In this document: positions 30,801 through 40,729 of the stretch, one piece after another
Position numbering within the stretch: position 1 is the stretch's first letter
How the letters are laid out: each line of letters begins with the position of its first letter
Source: Rickettsiales bacterium
Lineage (GTDB): Bacteria; Pseudomonadota; Alphaproteobacteria; Rickettsiales; JABSSG01
Reading direction: 5' to 3'
Assembly (NCBI GenBank): GCA_020049805.1
Contig: JAGVLN010000008.1
Location: 4,904 to 68,903 of the forward strand
Length of the DNA: 64,000 bases
The notes under the pieces: model-generated
Database searches by the model: none
Seen by the model: the letters and a program-made list of their open reading frames with translations, nothing else
Told to the model about the DNA's origin: nothing
Made by a program: the position numbers and the translations under genes

Positions 30801-31284
30801 TATTATTCACAAAATATTAGAAATTAGTATTAAAAGCTCAAATAATATTAATCTATCAAATTTGATAATTAAATATGCTGACCATTATAAAATAAAACTT
30901 AGTGAAAAAATTGTTAGCAATATAGAAGAATTAGTACAAAAATTAAAAGCTTCTTTTTCACCTACTACTAAAATCTTACCTGAAGCAAGTGTTGCGGCTA
31001 GCTTAACTCAGGCAAATATAAAAGGTACTATTGATTTGTTAGTTGTAGATGAAGGGCTAGTTACTATAATTGATTATAAAACTAAATTATTCAATAATAT
31101 GGAGGAGATTCCCATACAATATATTGCACAACTTGCTGTTTATAAATATTTGGTTTCAAATATCTATGTAGGAAAATCAATTAAATGTTTGATAATTTCA
31201 ACTATTAATGGTCAATTTTTTGAGATCAATAATGGTATATTGGATGAGCAATTTATAGAGCACTTGATTCATTGTAAAAGTTAA
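27880..31284 (+). CDS. addA: double-strand break repair helicase-nuclease AddA (UvrD/Rep superfamily 1 plus PD-(D/E)XK nuclease)
   Basis: Walker A SASAGSGKT and LLVDESQD. The C-terminal nuclease motif is GTIDLLVVDEG..TIIDYKT. I place the start at MDNTEIASNP (ATG 27880), an ATGGATAA overlap with the sixA stop. The 28-codon upstream extension in the track runs inside sixA. Confidence 0.85.
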   Translation: MDNTEIASNPLYNIWISASAGSGKTKLLTDRVLRLLLAGVNPAKILCLTYTKAAAAEMLHRITSELSNWITLDDTKLHSQILTLTGTEPNVEILKFARTLLISILDSKYTIKIQTIHSFCQSIIAKFPIEAGVNLKTQILDEYQKQILLSQATQNLLKSYNQSAGQQLTLKPLLNNIHEFSFYSLVENALLYRHKVKDILQLGKDSDIIREVYNRFGIDYTGSTEEIFKEFASIYDKLISCYENILKTILLEEEKPFLVVLLEFYNASLEEKQKIFSKLYESFYTTNHSFRKILLSNKLVEQYSLEDFIFQLRNIVADYVELSNTYKIAEYTSSFVYLIYLVHHHYEELKKEGSYMDYDDLINTTLKLLSSEQFLQWVAFKLDNKIEHLLVDESQDVSLDQWQIITSLTENFFYDLGQNNMPRTIFCVGDQKQSIFSFQGADPRLFSSIKNQYHEYTSTFDIKLHNITLNKSFRSGIAILQAVDATFNQLILNNPQAFVENYVNHIAHKINISSRVEVWPAVLYKKQTSKEGYTWQFNVERCEVYDPAKILANVIANEIKHWLKQPSQIQPQDIMILVRKRDRFSEYLVRSLRHNDIPITGLDRIKLFNNIVIKDLIALGNFILLPHDDYNLASLLKSPLINLTAEQLFLLSQRENRSLWQNLKLLANSNDEFSRIYLFLDSILSTYSMQVYNLYAYILETKELRKNIIARFGIHINEILDEFLNICLEYEQKENKSLQQFLQWFATSNVEIKREIDTNINSVRIMTVHAAKGLQAKIVIIADTLGLPKHHKQVIWSEELNLPIYNGNGQNNNKLYNDTISEIETHSLQEYYRLLYVAMTRAQEKLVMCGWSMYDNISNNSWYNVVKLGVQNIGQIESCNSLGEYEIIADSMTTGTPYFYSNTKEKIILENKGQVSDHKVDINDDHRRSSDLPECILSKPNPSGNKKHISASHLRSSKFLYSPLDFNSDANFGNIIHKILEISIKSSNNINLSNLIIKYADHYKIKLSEKIVSNIEELVQKLKASFSPTTKILPEASVAASLTQANIKGTIDLLVVDEGLVTIIDYKTKLFNNMEEIPIQYIAQLAVYKYLVSNIYVGKSIKCLIISTINGQFFEINNGILDEQFIEHLIHCKS

Positions 31285-31285
31285 A

Positions 31286-31951
31286 TCATTCCAACATAAG
31301 AGCTTTTTTAACTAAAGGAATAGTAATTTTTTTGTTTTGAGAAAGAGAGACTTTATCTAATAACTCTATAGTGTGTTTTACAGCTTCATAAGAACGATCA
31401 ATATGAGTAGTTAAGAATTTTATTACTTCTTCATTCACTAAAATTTGTAGATCTGAGAAGCTTTTAACTAACATTTGTTCTATTAATTCTTCGTTGGGTG
31501 GCATAATTTCATAAGTTATGAAAGATTGCAGACGAGAACGTAAATCAGGAGTATGAATTGTTAAATTATGAAGTTTGGTTCTGGCTGTTATTAATAAGAA
31601 TCTTTTATTTTCAATAACATAGTTGATAAAATGAAGTAAGTTATGCTCATTAATTAACAATTGTTCGATATCATCTATTAAGTAACTTTCTGCAAGATCT
31701 CGATATGAAAACTGTTCTAAATCTCTTAAAGTAATTTTATATGCGGAAGCTTTTATTTGCCAAATATGAGCTAAATGAGTTTTTCCTGAGCCTTTAGGTC
31801 CATAAATACAAGTAATATTAGGAAAAATGCTACCTTGCCAATTTGGCCAATTATCTATCCATTTTTTTGCTATAAAGTTGGAAGAAGCTATAATAAAATC
31901 CTCTTCAAGATAACTAGAATCAAATTTTAAATTAAGAGCGTATTGGTGCAA
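31286..31951 (-). CDS. hda: DnaA regulatory inactivator Hda/HdaA-like AAA+ protein
   Basis: 221 aa. YAL.L......L.EDF....SN..A..WIDNWPNW then a GPKGSGKTHLAHIW P-loop. Size and layout match alphaproteobacterial HdaA. Confidence 0.75.
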   Translation of the reverse strand: MHQYALNLKFDSSYLEEDFIIASSNFIAKKWIDNWPNWQGSIFPNITCIYGPKGSGKTHLAHIWQIKASAYKITLRDLEQFSYRDLAESYLIDDIEQLLINEHNLLHFINYVIENKRFLLITARTKLHNLTIHTPDLRSRLQSFITYEIMPPNEELIEQMLVKSFSDLQILVNEEVIKFLTTHIDRSYEAVKHTIELLDKVSLSQNKKITIPLVKKALMLE

Positions 31952-31952
31952 T

Positions 31953-33041
31953 TCAGTCTCCTAAATTTACCTTTTTAATTCTTTTAGGGTTATTACCTAA
32001 ATAAAAGTTACTACTGTAATATTGATCTAATGTAAACCTTATTAGAACATTTAATACTGCCGCGCAAGGTATAGCTGCTAACATTCCTGCAAATCCGAAG
32101 AAGTCTGCGCCAACCAATAGTGCAAAAATAAGCCATACTGGGTGAAGCCCTATTTTGTTTCCAATTAATTTAGGTGATAAAGTGTTTTCTATTATGCTGC
32201 CAATTACGAATACTCCGATAACTAGCAGTACCTTATTAAGAGAGAAAAACTGTAAATATACTACTAACAATGAACAAATAAACCCACTTAAAAAACCTAC
32301 AAATGGAATAAAAGCTAAAATACCGGTAGTAATACCGATAAATATACTAAAATTTATTCCTATAGTTGTAAGTGCCAGAGAGTAATATAAAGCTAATACT
32401 AAACAAACATTTATCTGACCTCTTATAAAGCCTGAAAGAGCATTATCAATTCTTGAAGTTAAAACTTTGAAATTTCTTTGGGTGTTTTTTGGTACGACAT
32501 TCGTAATATCTTTTGACATGTTAGGCCAATCTCTAACGAGATAAAACGTGATGAATGGTACTAATACTAACATTGAAATGATATTAATAAAGGCCATTCC
32601 AGATTGCCAAATATGTTGAATGAAGTTAGCAGTATATTGAAATATTACTGTAAAAATATTATTAAGATTATCTTCTACCTTACTGACGTAGGTCGGGTCA
32701 ATTAAATTTACATAATGTGTTACAAATGGAATAATAGTCATTTTAACATAAGACTTATATTTAGGGATTTGTTGGATGAAATGCTGAATCTGGTCGAAAA
32801 TTAAAGGAACAATTAGTAGCCATAAGCATATTAATAATATAATTATTATCGATATAATTATTAATGCGCTTATAGTTCTGCTAATAGAAAATCTTGTTTG
32901 TAGGTAATTAGCAATTGGTACAAAGAAGTATGAAAATATAAGAGACATAATAAATGGCATTAAAATGCCATTTACTGCATAAAGAACTAGACCAGCTATA
33001 ATGATTGTGATAAGCCAAAACAAAATTTTTGTATTTTTCAT
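31953..33041 (-). CDS. AI-2E family transporter (PerM/YhhT, UPF0118)
   Basis: 362 aa, about 8 TM segments, with a typical PerM-like C-terminal block (IPF.G...G........L....)P..IG.K.GLHPV. Confidence 0.8.
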   Translation of the reverse strand: MKNTKILFWLITIIIAGLVLYAVNGILMPFIMSLIFSYFFVPIANYLQTRFSISRTISALIIISIIIILLICLWLLIVPLIFDQIQHFIQQIPKYKSYVKMTIIPFVTHYVNLIDPTYVSKVEDNLNNIFTVIFQYTANFIQHIWQSGMAFINIISMLVLVPFITFYLVRDWPNMSKDITNVVPKNTQRNFKVLTSRIDNALSGFIRGQINVCLVLALYYSLALTTIGINFSIFIGITTGILAFIPFVGFLSGFICSLLVVYLQFFSLNKVLLVIGVFVIGSIIENTLSPKLIGNKIGLHPVWLIFALLVGADFFGFAGMLAAIPCAAVLNVLIRFTLDQYYSSNFYLGNNPKRIKKVNLGD

Positions 33042-33110
33042 AATAATCTATAAAATAAAATCATATTTGTAAGGATTGTAGCAAATATTATCTATTATTA
33101 AAATATATTT

Positions 33111-34184
33111 ATGCATTATATTAATTTCGTTAGATCCATAGAGACTTTGGGGCCATATGAAGATAGTCCAGTTATTGCAGTTGCAGTATCTGGGGGAATT
33201 GATTCTTTAGCTTTGACCTTTCTTGCTCATGAATGGGTTAAATCAATTCGAGGTAAGGTTATTGCTCTAACAGTGAACCATAATTTACGTCCAGAATCAT
33301 TAAATGAAGCACAAGCCATTAATACCCTTTTATGCGAAAATAATATTGAACATCATATTTTAAATTGGAATCATGATAATGTTAACAGAAATATTCATCA
33401 CCACGCTAGGGAAGCGAGATTCAAGTTGTTAACTGATTGGTGTAATCAAAATAATATTTTACATTTATTATTAGCGCATCATCAACAAGATCAGGCTGAA
33501 ACACTTTTTATTAATATGTGCCGTGGTTCAGGATTGAATGGGTTAACAGGTATACCTGCAGTAAATATAATAAATAAGATACGGATATTAAGGCCGTTAC
33601 TTTATTTTTCTAAAGATCAATTAAAAGAGATTGTATTATCATATACTAATTGGTGGATTGAAGATCCGTCTAATCATAATTTAAAATTTATGCGTAGTTA
33701 TGCACGTAAGCTATTTGAATTCGAACCTCTATTGCAGCTAGTAAATGTTAAACAGAATAAACCGAGAGTTTTATTAGAAAGATTGGGTTTAATGATGCGG
33801 AACCTTAGTAGAGTCCGTTCTTATATAGAAAATGAATCAGCTCGATATATGGCTCAAATAGTTAAAATTTATCCTCAAAATTATTTATTGATAGATTATC
33901 AAGGTTTGATTAGGTTAGATAAAGAAATAGCTCTAAATATTTTAGCTTCATGTTTAATGACGATTTCAGGAAGACATACAAAAAGGCCTAGGTTTAAATC
34001 TCTTGAAAGATTACTAGAAGAGCTTTTACAGTTTAAATCTCAAAGCCATACTTTATGGAATTGTAAACTTAAAGCTATAAAAGATAAAAACTTTATTAAA
34101 ATTTCTCCTGAAATAAAAATTGTTTCCTCTAATGATTTATTTATACCATCTATACCTCTTGCACAAAAGCAATCTGATTATTAA
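33111..34184 (+). CDS. tilS: tRNA(Ile)-lysidine synthase
   Basis: 357 aa. PP-loop VAVSGGIDSLAL, VNH.LR..S and LLAHHQQDQAET. Located upstream of ftsH, as in many bacteria. Confidence 0.85.
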   Translation: MHYINFVRSIETLGPYEDSPVIAVAVSGGIDSLALTFLAHEWVKSIRGKVIALTVNHNLRPESLNEAQAINTLLCENNIEHHILNWNHDNVNRNIHHHAREARFKLLTDWCNQNNILHLLLAHHQQDQAETLFINMCRGSGLNGLTGIPAVNIINKIRILRPLLYFSKDQLKEIVLSYTNWWIEDPSNHNLKFMRSYARKLFEFEPLLQLVNVKQNKPRVLLERLGLMMRNLSRVRSYIENESARYMAQIVKIYPQNYLLIDYQGLIRLDKEIALNILASCLMTISGRHTKRPRFKSLERLLEELLQFKSQSHTLWNCKLKAIKDKNFIKISPEIKIVSSNDLFIPSIPLAQKQSDY

Positions 34185-34286
34185 ATAATACAGTATAAAT
34201 TGATCTATGCATTAAAAGTGGTTCACTTTATGTGCAATATTTATTAATATAACTCCAATGCAAAATTTTATCTTGGTTAATAAATT

Positions 34287-36173
34287 ATGAATTATAGAAA
34301 AAACCTTTTAATTTGGGTAGCAATTTCAATAGGGTTACTATTGGTTTTTGATTATTTTAGTAATTCAAATTATGCTGGAAATAATAATTTATCCTTCTCA
34401 GAATTTTTACGCAAGGTAGAAGAAAATCAAGTTACTGATGTGGATATTAAGGGTCCATCAATTAGCGGACATTTTTCTGATGGGCGTAGTTTTTCTACTT
34501 ATGCCCCAGATTATCCCGGCCTAGTAGATCAACTTAAACAATATGATGTGACTATTAGGGCTGAGCCTTTAGAAACTAAAATGAATTCCTTACTAGGTAT
34601 TCTTTTATCATGGTTTCCGATGTTGTTGTTAATTGGTGTGTGGATTTTCTTTATGCGGCAAATGCAGGGAGGAGCAGGTAAAGCCATGGGTTTTGGTAAA
34701 TCTAAGGCCAGATTAATGGGTGAAAAATTAGAAAAAGTTACTTTTCAAAACGTAGCAGGCATTGATGAGGCAAAAGAAGAGTTGCAAGAAATAGTGGATT
34801 TTTTAAAGAACCCATCTAAATTTCAAGCCTTGGGGGGTAGAATTCCAAAAGGTTGTTTATTAGTTGGTCCTCCAGGTACTGGTAAAACTTTAATTGCTAG
34901 AGCGGTAGCAGGTGAAGCTAATGTGCCATTTTTCACCATTTCTGGTTCAGATTTTGTAGAGATGTTTGTGGGTGTAGGCGCTAGTAGAGTGCGTGATATG
35001 TTCGAACAAGGTAAAAAACATGCCCCTTGTATTATTTTCATAGATGAAATTGACGCTGTGGGACGTCATCGTGGTATAGGATTAGGTGGCGGCAATGATG
35101 AGCGTGAGCAAACACTAAATCAGTTGCTTGTAGAAATGGATGGGTTTGAAGCTAATGAAAGTGTGATTATAATAGCAGCTACCAACCGTCCAGATGTACT
35201 TGATCCGGCATTACTTAGACCTGGTAGGTTTGATCGTCAAATTGTAGTACCTCTTCCTGATATCAATGGCCGGGAACAAATCCTAAATGTCCATTTGAAA
35301 AAAGTAGTTATATCTCCTGATGTAGATTCTAGAGTGATTGCACGAGGCACACCAGGTTTTTCAGGGGCTGATTTAGCAAATCTTGTCAATGAAGCAGCTT
35401 TACTTGCAGCGAGATCGAATAAAAAGATTATTTCAATGAAAGAACTGGAAGAAGCTAAAGATAAGGTAATGATGGGGCCAGAACGAAGATCATTAATTAT
35501 GAGCGAAGCTGAAAAGAAGCTTACTGCTTATCATGAAGGTGGTCATGCTCTAGTTTCTCTATATACTCCTGAATCTGATCCAATTCATAAAGCTACCATT
35601 ATTCCACGGGGGCGAGCATTAGGCCTTGTTATGAGATTACCAGAATCAGATAAATTTTCTGTTACACGAGCTAAATTAAAATCTGATTTAGCAGTGGCAA
35701 TGGGTGGGCGTGTAGCGGAAGAGAAAATTTTTGGTTATGACAAGGTAACAAGTGGTGCTTCATCTGATATAAAGCAGGCCACTAAATTAGCTAGATCAAT
35801 GGTAAGAGAATGGGGAATGAGTGATGATATAGGGCCAGTGTTTTATGGAAATGATAGTCCTGATATGTATGCTAGTGGTAATACTCACAAACTTTACTCT
35901 ACTCAAACTGAAGATTTAATAGATCATGAAGTTAAAAGAGTTGTAGAAGAAGGGTATAGGTTAGCTCAGAAAATTATTAGTGATCATGAAGATCAGTTAC
36001 ACATTATTGCTAAAGCATTACTTGCTCGTGAGACATTAACAGGTCAAGAAATTAGAGAATTATTACATATCAAAGAACCTATTAAAAAGTCTGGAGCAGA
36101 GCCTAAGGTTAAAGCTAAATCTGTTCCTACTAAAAAGACTAGCAAAAAGGTCACTAAAAAACCATCGGAATAG
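34287..36173 (+). CDS. ftsH: ATP-dependent zinc metalloprotease FtsH
   Basis: 628 aa. Walker A GPPGTGKT, Walker [33 protein letters not shown] and zinc motif HEGGH. Confidence 0.98.
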   Translation: MNYRKNLLIWVAISIGLLLVFDYFSNSNYAGNNNLSFSEFLRKVEENQVTDVDIKGPSISGHFSDGRSFSTYAPDYPGLVDQLKQYDVTIRAEPLETKMNSLLGILLSWFPMLLLIGVWIFFMRQMQGGAGKAMGFGKSKARLMGEKLEKVTFQNVAGIDEAKEELQEIVDFLKNPSKFQALGGRIPKGCLLVGPPGTGKTLIARAVAGEANVPFFTISGSDFVEMFVGVGASRVRDMFEQGKKHAPCIIFIDEIDAVGRHRGIGLGGGNDEREQTLNQLLVEMDGFEANESVIIIAATNRPDVLDPALLRPGRFDRQIVVPLPDINGREQILNVHLKKVVISPDVDSRVIARGTPGFSGADLANLVNEAALLAARSNKKIISMKELEEAKDKVMMGPERRSLIMSEAEKKLTAYHEGGHALVSLYTPESDPIHKATIIPRGRALGLVMRLPESDKFSVTRAKLKSDLAVAMGGRVAEEKIFGYDKVTSGASSDIKQATKLARSMVREWGMSDDIGPVFYGNDSPDMYASGNTHKLYSTQTEDLIDHEVKRVVEEGYRLAQKIISDHEDQLHIIAKALLARETLTGQEIRELLHIKEPIKKSGAEPKVKAKSVPTKKTSKKVTKKPSE

Positions 36174-36179
36174 TAAATT

Positions 36180-37538
36180 ATGGTAGGTAAAAAATTTTTT
36201 GGTACTGACGGAATTAGGGGCACAGCGAATAAAGGCTTAATGACAGCCGAAACTGCTCTAAAGTTAGGGATGGCAGTAGGTACTTTATTTAAACGAGGTG
36301 ATCATCGCCATTTAGTTATTATAGGTAAAGATACACGTTTATCTGGTTATTTGCTTGAGCCAGCTTTAACATCTGGATTAATTTCTGTTGGTATGGATGT
36401 TTTATTAGTGGGTCCAATGCCTACTCCTGCCATTGCTATGCTAACCAAGTCTTTGCGAGCAGATATTGGTATAATGCTTTCTGCTTCACATAATCCTTAT
36501 TATGATAATGGAATCAAAATTTTCGGGCCAGAAGGGTTAAAACTTAGTGATAAAACTGAATTGGTTATTGAAGATTTAATGAGTAATTATCCTAAAAGTG
36601 TAGATTTTGCTAAGCCAAGAGACTTAGGAAGGGCTAGACGATTAGATGATGCGCCTGGTAGATATGTAGAATATGTGAAAAATAGTTTTCCTAAAGGTAA
36701 AAAATTAAGTGATTTTAAATTAGTAGTAGATAGTTCTAATGGATCTGCCTACCATATAGCTGGTAAAATTTTTTGGGAGTTAGGTGCAGAAGTAATTAAT
36801 ATTGGCGATAAACCGGATGGGTTTAACATAAATGAAAATTGTGGTTCTCAACATCCACAAGCTGCTATTAATGCTGTATTAGAGCATAAAGCTGACCTTG
36901 GTATAGTTTTAGATGGTGATGCAGATAGATTGGTTATTATTGATAATAAGGGTAAAGTAATTAATGGAGACCAAATTTTAGCAGTAATTGCTACCCATAT
37001 GCATAAACATAATTTGTTAATTAATGATACAGTGGTTAGCACACATATGGCTAACATAGGATTAGAAAATTATCTTAGAAGTAAAGGAATCGATTTAGTT
37101 CGGACGGATGTTGGTGATAGATATGTAGCTGAAGTTATGCATAATTCTGGTTATAATCTAGGTGGTGAACAATCTGGTCATATAATTTTGTCAGACTATT
37201 CTACTACTGGTGATGGTATAATTGCAGCTCTAAGCTGTTTAGATTGCGTTATTGAAAATCAAGCACAAAAATCAGTTGCAGAATTTTTCAATTGTTTTAT
37301 TCCAGTGCCTCAAGTTATACATAATATTAAATATGATTCTCAAATAGCTAATATTTTAGAGCAAGATAGGTTAATTGCTAAAATAAATGAAGCTAAAACT
37401 AAATTAAAAGATGGTAGGCTTATTGTTCGCAAGTCTGGTACTGAGCCTATTATTAGGATCATGGTGGAAAGTACTGAACCAGATCTGATAAATATTATTA
37501 TTTCTGAGTTGGAGTCGGAGATAAAACAAGTTATTTAG
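36180..37538 (+). CDS. glmM: phosphoglucosamine mutase
   Basis: 452 aa. FGTDGIRG N-terminus, active-site SASHNP, and DGDADR and GGEQSGH motifs. Confidence 0.95.
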   Translation: MVGKKFFGTDGIRGTANKGLMTAETALKLGMAVGTLFKRGDHRHLVIIGKDTRLSGYLLEPALTSGLISVGMDVLLVGPMPTPAIAMLTKSLRADIGIMLSASHNPYYDNGIKIFGPEGLKLSDKTELVIEDLMSNYPKSVDFAKPRDLGRARRLDDAPGRYVEYVKNSFPKGKKLSDFKLVVDSSNGSAYHIAGKIFWELGAEVINIGDKPDGFNINENCGSQHPQAAINAVLEHKADLGIVLDGDADRLVIIDNKGKVINGDQILAVIATHMHKHNLLINDTVVSTHMANIGLENYLRSKGIDLVRTDVGDRYVAEVMHNSGYNLGGEQSGHIILSDYSTTGDGIIAALSCLDCVIENQAQKSVAEFFNCFIPVPQVIHNIKYDSQIANILEQDRLIAKINEAKTKLKDGRLIVRKSGTEPIIRIMVESTEPDLINIIISELESEIKQVI

Positions 37539-37546
37539 TTAAGTTT

Positions 37547-39541
37547 CTAGCTTTTCAATACAGCATTGCGCTCAATTTCACTAATTTGATCACGGATTTT
37601 TGCAGCTTGTTCGAAATCCAGATTATTAGCGTGTGTAATCATTTGTTTTTTGAGTTGTTTAATTAATTTATCGATTTGCTCAGTTGATAATTCTGTTTGA
37701 GGATCGTTCAGCTCAACCAATGGGCTATCTTTTTCATATACACTATCAAAAATAGTACTTAAGGATTTTTGGATCGATTGAGGGGTAATATTATGTTTCT
37801 TGTTATATTCCATTTGAATATTACGACGACGATCAGTTTCTGATAAGGCTTTTTGTATAGATTGAGTCATTACATCAGCATATAGAATTACTTTGCCTTC
37901 AACATTTCTTGCAGCTCGACCTATGGTCTGAATTAGAGATGTAGTTGAGCGTAAAAACCCTTCTTTATCAGCATCTAAAATTGCTACTAAAGCGCATTCT
38001 GGCACATCTAACCCTTCGCGTAATAAGTTAATGCCTACAATTACGTCAATATCACCACGGCGTAATTGTCCAATAATTTCGATCCGTTCTAAAGTTTGAA
38101 TTTCGGAATGTAAGTATGCTACTTTTATACCTATTTCTAAGAAATATTTAGTTAGTTCTTCTGCCATTTTCTTGGTCAAAGTAGTTACTAGAACTCGCTG
38201 TTTCTGAGCTGCGCATTTTTGTACTTCATGTAATAGATCATCGACTTGATTAGAAACCGGACGTATTTCACATATTGGATCAATTAATCCAGTTGGTCTG
38301 ATTATTTGTTCTACTATTTCTCCTTGTACTAATTCTAATTCATAATTAGCAGGTGTGGCTGAGACAAAAATTGTTTGAGGGCGCATATGATCCCATTCTT
38401 CAAACTTTAAAGGTCGATTATCTAATGCTGAGGGTAATCTAAATCCATATTCTACTAAAGTAGTTTTGCGAGCGCGATCTCCATTATACATGCCATTGAT
38501 TTGCGGAACAGTAACATGACTTTCATCTATAAACAAAATAGCATCTTTAGGTAAGTATTTGAACAGCGTTGGTGGAGGCTGGCCAGGAGCTCCTCCGTTT
38601 AAGAAACGAGTATAATTTTCAATACCTTTGCAAGACCCAGTTTCGATTAGCATCTCGATGTCATACTCAGTCCTTTGTTGTAATCTCTGAGCTTCTACTA
38701 ATTTGTTTTGAGCATAGAATACTTCTAACCTTTCTTTCAGTTCAATTTTAATTTGCTCAATAGCGTTAAGCACCACAGACCTAGGAGTAACGTAATGGTT
38801 ACTTGCATAAATTACTATTTTATCGAGTACGGCTAGCTTATTTCCAGTTATAGAATCAAATTCCGTGATCCGATCAATTTCATCGCCAAAAAATTCTACT
38901 TTCCAGCCTTTATCAGCATAATGTGCTGGAAAAATATCTATAGCATCGCCTCGTACTCTAAAGTGCCCGCGAGAGAAATCAATATCATTACGTTCATATT
39001 GAAGATTAACTAAATCTCTAATTACCTCATCTCGTTTAATTTTCATGCCTTTATTAAGTCTAATTACCATTGAGTAATATAATTCAGGGGATCCAAGTCC
39101 GTAAATGCATGAAACGGAAGAAACGATGATAACATCTTTGCGTTCTAGTAAAGAGCGTGTTGCCGAATGGCGCATTAAATCAATTTGCTCATTAATTGAA
39201 GAATCTTTTTCTATATAGACGTCAGTTCTGGGAATGTAAGCCTCGGGTTGGTAGTAATCATAGTAAGAAACAAAATATTCAACAGCATTTTCAGGAAAAA
39301 ATTCTTTCATTTCGCCATAAATTTGTGCAGCCAAAGTTTTATTATGAGCCATTATTAAGGCGGTTCTACCAGTGTTTTGTATAACATGGGCCATAGAAAA
39401 GGTTTTACCTGAACCGGTAACTCCTAATAATACTTGATTTTTTTTGTCTTGATTCAGGCCATTTACTAATTGTTCTACCGCTTGTGGCTGGTCGCCGGCT
39501 AAATTAAATGGAGAATGTATTTTAAAAGGTGAAGCTTTCAT
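37547..39541 (-). CDS. uvrB: excinuclease ABC subunit B
   Basis: 664 aa. [13 protein letters not shown] and the C-terminal UVR domain ([11 protein letters not shown]). Confidence 0.98.
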   Translation of the reverse strand: MKASPFKIHSPFNLAGDQPQAVEQLVNGLNQDKKNQVLLGVTGSGKTFSMAHVIQNTGRTALIMAHNKTLAAQIYGEMKEFFPENAVEYFVSYYDYYQPEAYIPRTDVYIEKDSSINEQIDLMRHSATRSLLERKDVIIVSSVSCIYGLGSPELYYSMVIRLNKGMKIKRDEVIRDLVNLQYERNDIDFSRGHFRVRGDAIDIFPAHYADKGWKVEFFGDEIDRITEFDSITGNKLAVLDKIVIYASNHYVTPRSVVLNAIEQIKIELKERLEVFYAQNKLVEAQRLQQRTEYDIEMLIETGSCKGIENYTRFLNGGAPGQPPPTLFKYLPKDAILFIDESHVTVPQINGMYNGDRARKTTLVEYGFRLPSALDNRPLKFEEWDHMRPQTIFVSATPANYELELVQGEIVEQIIRPTGLIDPICEIRPVSNQVDDLLHEVQKCAAQKQRVLVTTLTKKMAEELTKYFLEIGIKVAYLHSEIQTLERIEIIGQLRRGDIDVIVGINLLREGLDVPECALVAILDADKEGFLRSTTSLIQTIGRAARNVEGKVILYADVMTQSIQKALSETDRRRNIQMEYNKKHNITPQSIQKSLSTIFDSVYEKDSPLVELNDPQTELSTEQIDKLIKQLKKQMITHANNLDFEQAAKIRDQISEIERNAVLKS

Positions 39542-39604
39542 TGTATTTAATATTGTAGTAGGATATTGTCATAATGTAAATAATAATCAAACCTAGAGGT
39601 AGAG

Positions 39605-39859
39605 ATGGCAAAGATAGTAATTTACACTAAATCTAATTGCCCTTATTGTGTAAAAGCCAAGCAATTATTAAATATTAAAGGTGCAAAATATCAAGAAATT
39701 GATGTTGGAAATGATCCTGAAGCTAGATCGCAATTAACAATAAAAGCTAATGGTAGAAAAACTGTACCGCAAATTTTTATTGATGATTTCCATGTAGGTG
39801 GTTGCGATGATTTGATGGCTCTAAATGATGCTGGTAAACTAGATCAATTACTTAAGTAA
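39605..39859 (+). CDS. grxC: glutaredoxin 3
   Basis: 84 aa. CPYC active site, TVPQIFI and GGCDD. Confidence 0.9.
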   Translation: MAKIVIYTKSNCPYCVKAKQLLNIKGAKYQEIDVGNDPEARSQLTIKANGRKTVPQIFIDDFHVGGCDDLMALNDAGKLDQLLK

Positions 39860-40523
39860 ATATTGCGCTACCAATGCGAAGTAAGGTGCTGCCAAATTGT
39901 ATAGCTGTACTATAGTCATTACTCATACCCATGCTAAGTTGTGCAATATTATTACGTTTGGCTATTTCTTTCAGTAAGGCGAAATAAGGAAAAGATGGTT
40001 TAGATAATGGAGCAATTCCCATTAGGCCAGAGATTCTTAAGCCAAGGTCATGCTGACAGGTTTTGATAAACTCATCGACTTCTTTAGGGTTGATCCCAGA
40101 TTTTTGAGGCTCTTCTCCAATATTTACCTGAATGAATAACTCTAATTGTTTATCTTGTTTTTGCATTTCTTGATGTAAAGCCGAAGCTAATTTATAATTA
40201 TCTATGGTTTCAATAGCGTCAAATAATTCTACTGCTTGTTTTACTTTATTAGTCTGTAACTTGCCAATCATATGTAATTTTATATCAGGAAATAGCAGTT
40301 TTAGTTGAGGCCATTTTTCAAGAGCTTCTTGGACACGATTTTCGCCAAATAATCTTTGTCCATTATCTAATAATAATTTAATATTATTTGAATTTTGCCC
40401 TTTAGTTACTGCTAAAAGTTGAGGAGGAAAATTATTAACTAATAAACTATATTGTTTAAGATAACCTCTGTGTAACAGGCTTATTTCCTTAGATAAGGTT
40501 TGATAGTTATTTAATATGGGCAT
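39852..40523 (-). CDS. yggS: YggS-family pyridoxal-phosphate homeostasis protein
   Basis: 223 aa. LLAVTK (PLP lysine), GENRVQE, H.IG.LQ.NK and LSMGMS.D. Confidence 0.9.
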   Translation of the reverse strand: MPILNNYQTLSKEISLLHRGYLKQYSLLVNNFPPQLLAVTKGQNSNNIKLLLDNGQRLFGENRVQEALEKWPQLKLLFPDIKLHMIGKLQTNKVKQAVELFDAIETIDNYKLASALHQEMQKQDKQLELFIQVNIGEEPQKSGINPKEVDEFIKTCQHDLGLRISGLMGIAPLSKPSFPYFALLKEIAKRNNIAQLSMGMSNDYSTAIQFGSTLLRIGSAIFT

Positions 40524-40617
40524 TTTAATTTTTAATAATTAGTTAAAATCTTCTATGATAATTATACAACAAACTTTAATAAAGATTAGATTAGAAGTTT
40601 AAATCATTTACCTGAAC

Positions 40618-40645
40618 TTGCATACTATAAAGTAACTAATATATA
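40618..40645 (+). promoter_or_regulatory. candidate sigma-70 promoter upstream of the porin gene
   Basis: TTGCAT-16 nt-TATATA, about 85 nt upstream of the ATG. In such AT-rich DNA this match is weak evidence. Confidence 0.25.
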
Positions 40646-40729
40646 CTGACAACAAGATAGCTTTAGTTATCTGTATTTTGAGAAACTTGTACTCAAATTA
40701 ATTAATATTAATAAAACAGGAAAGCAATT

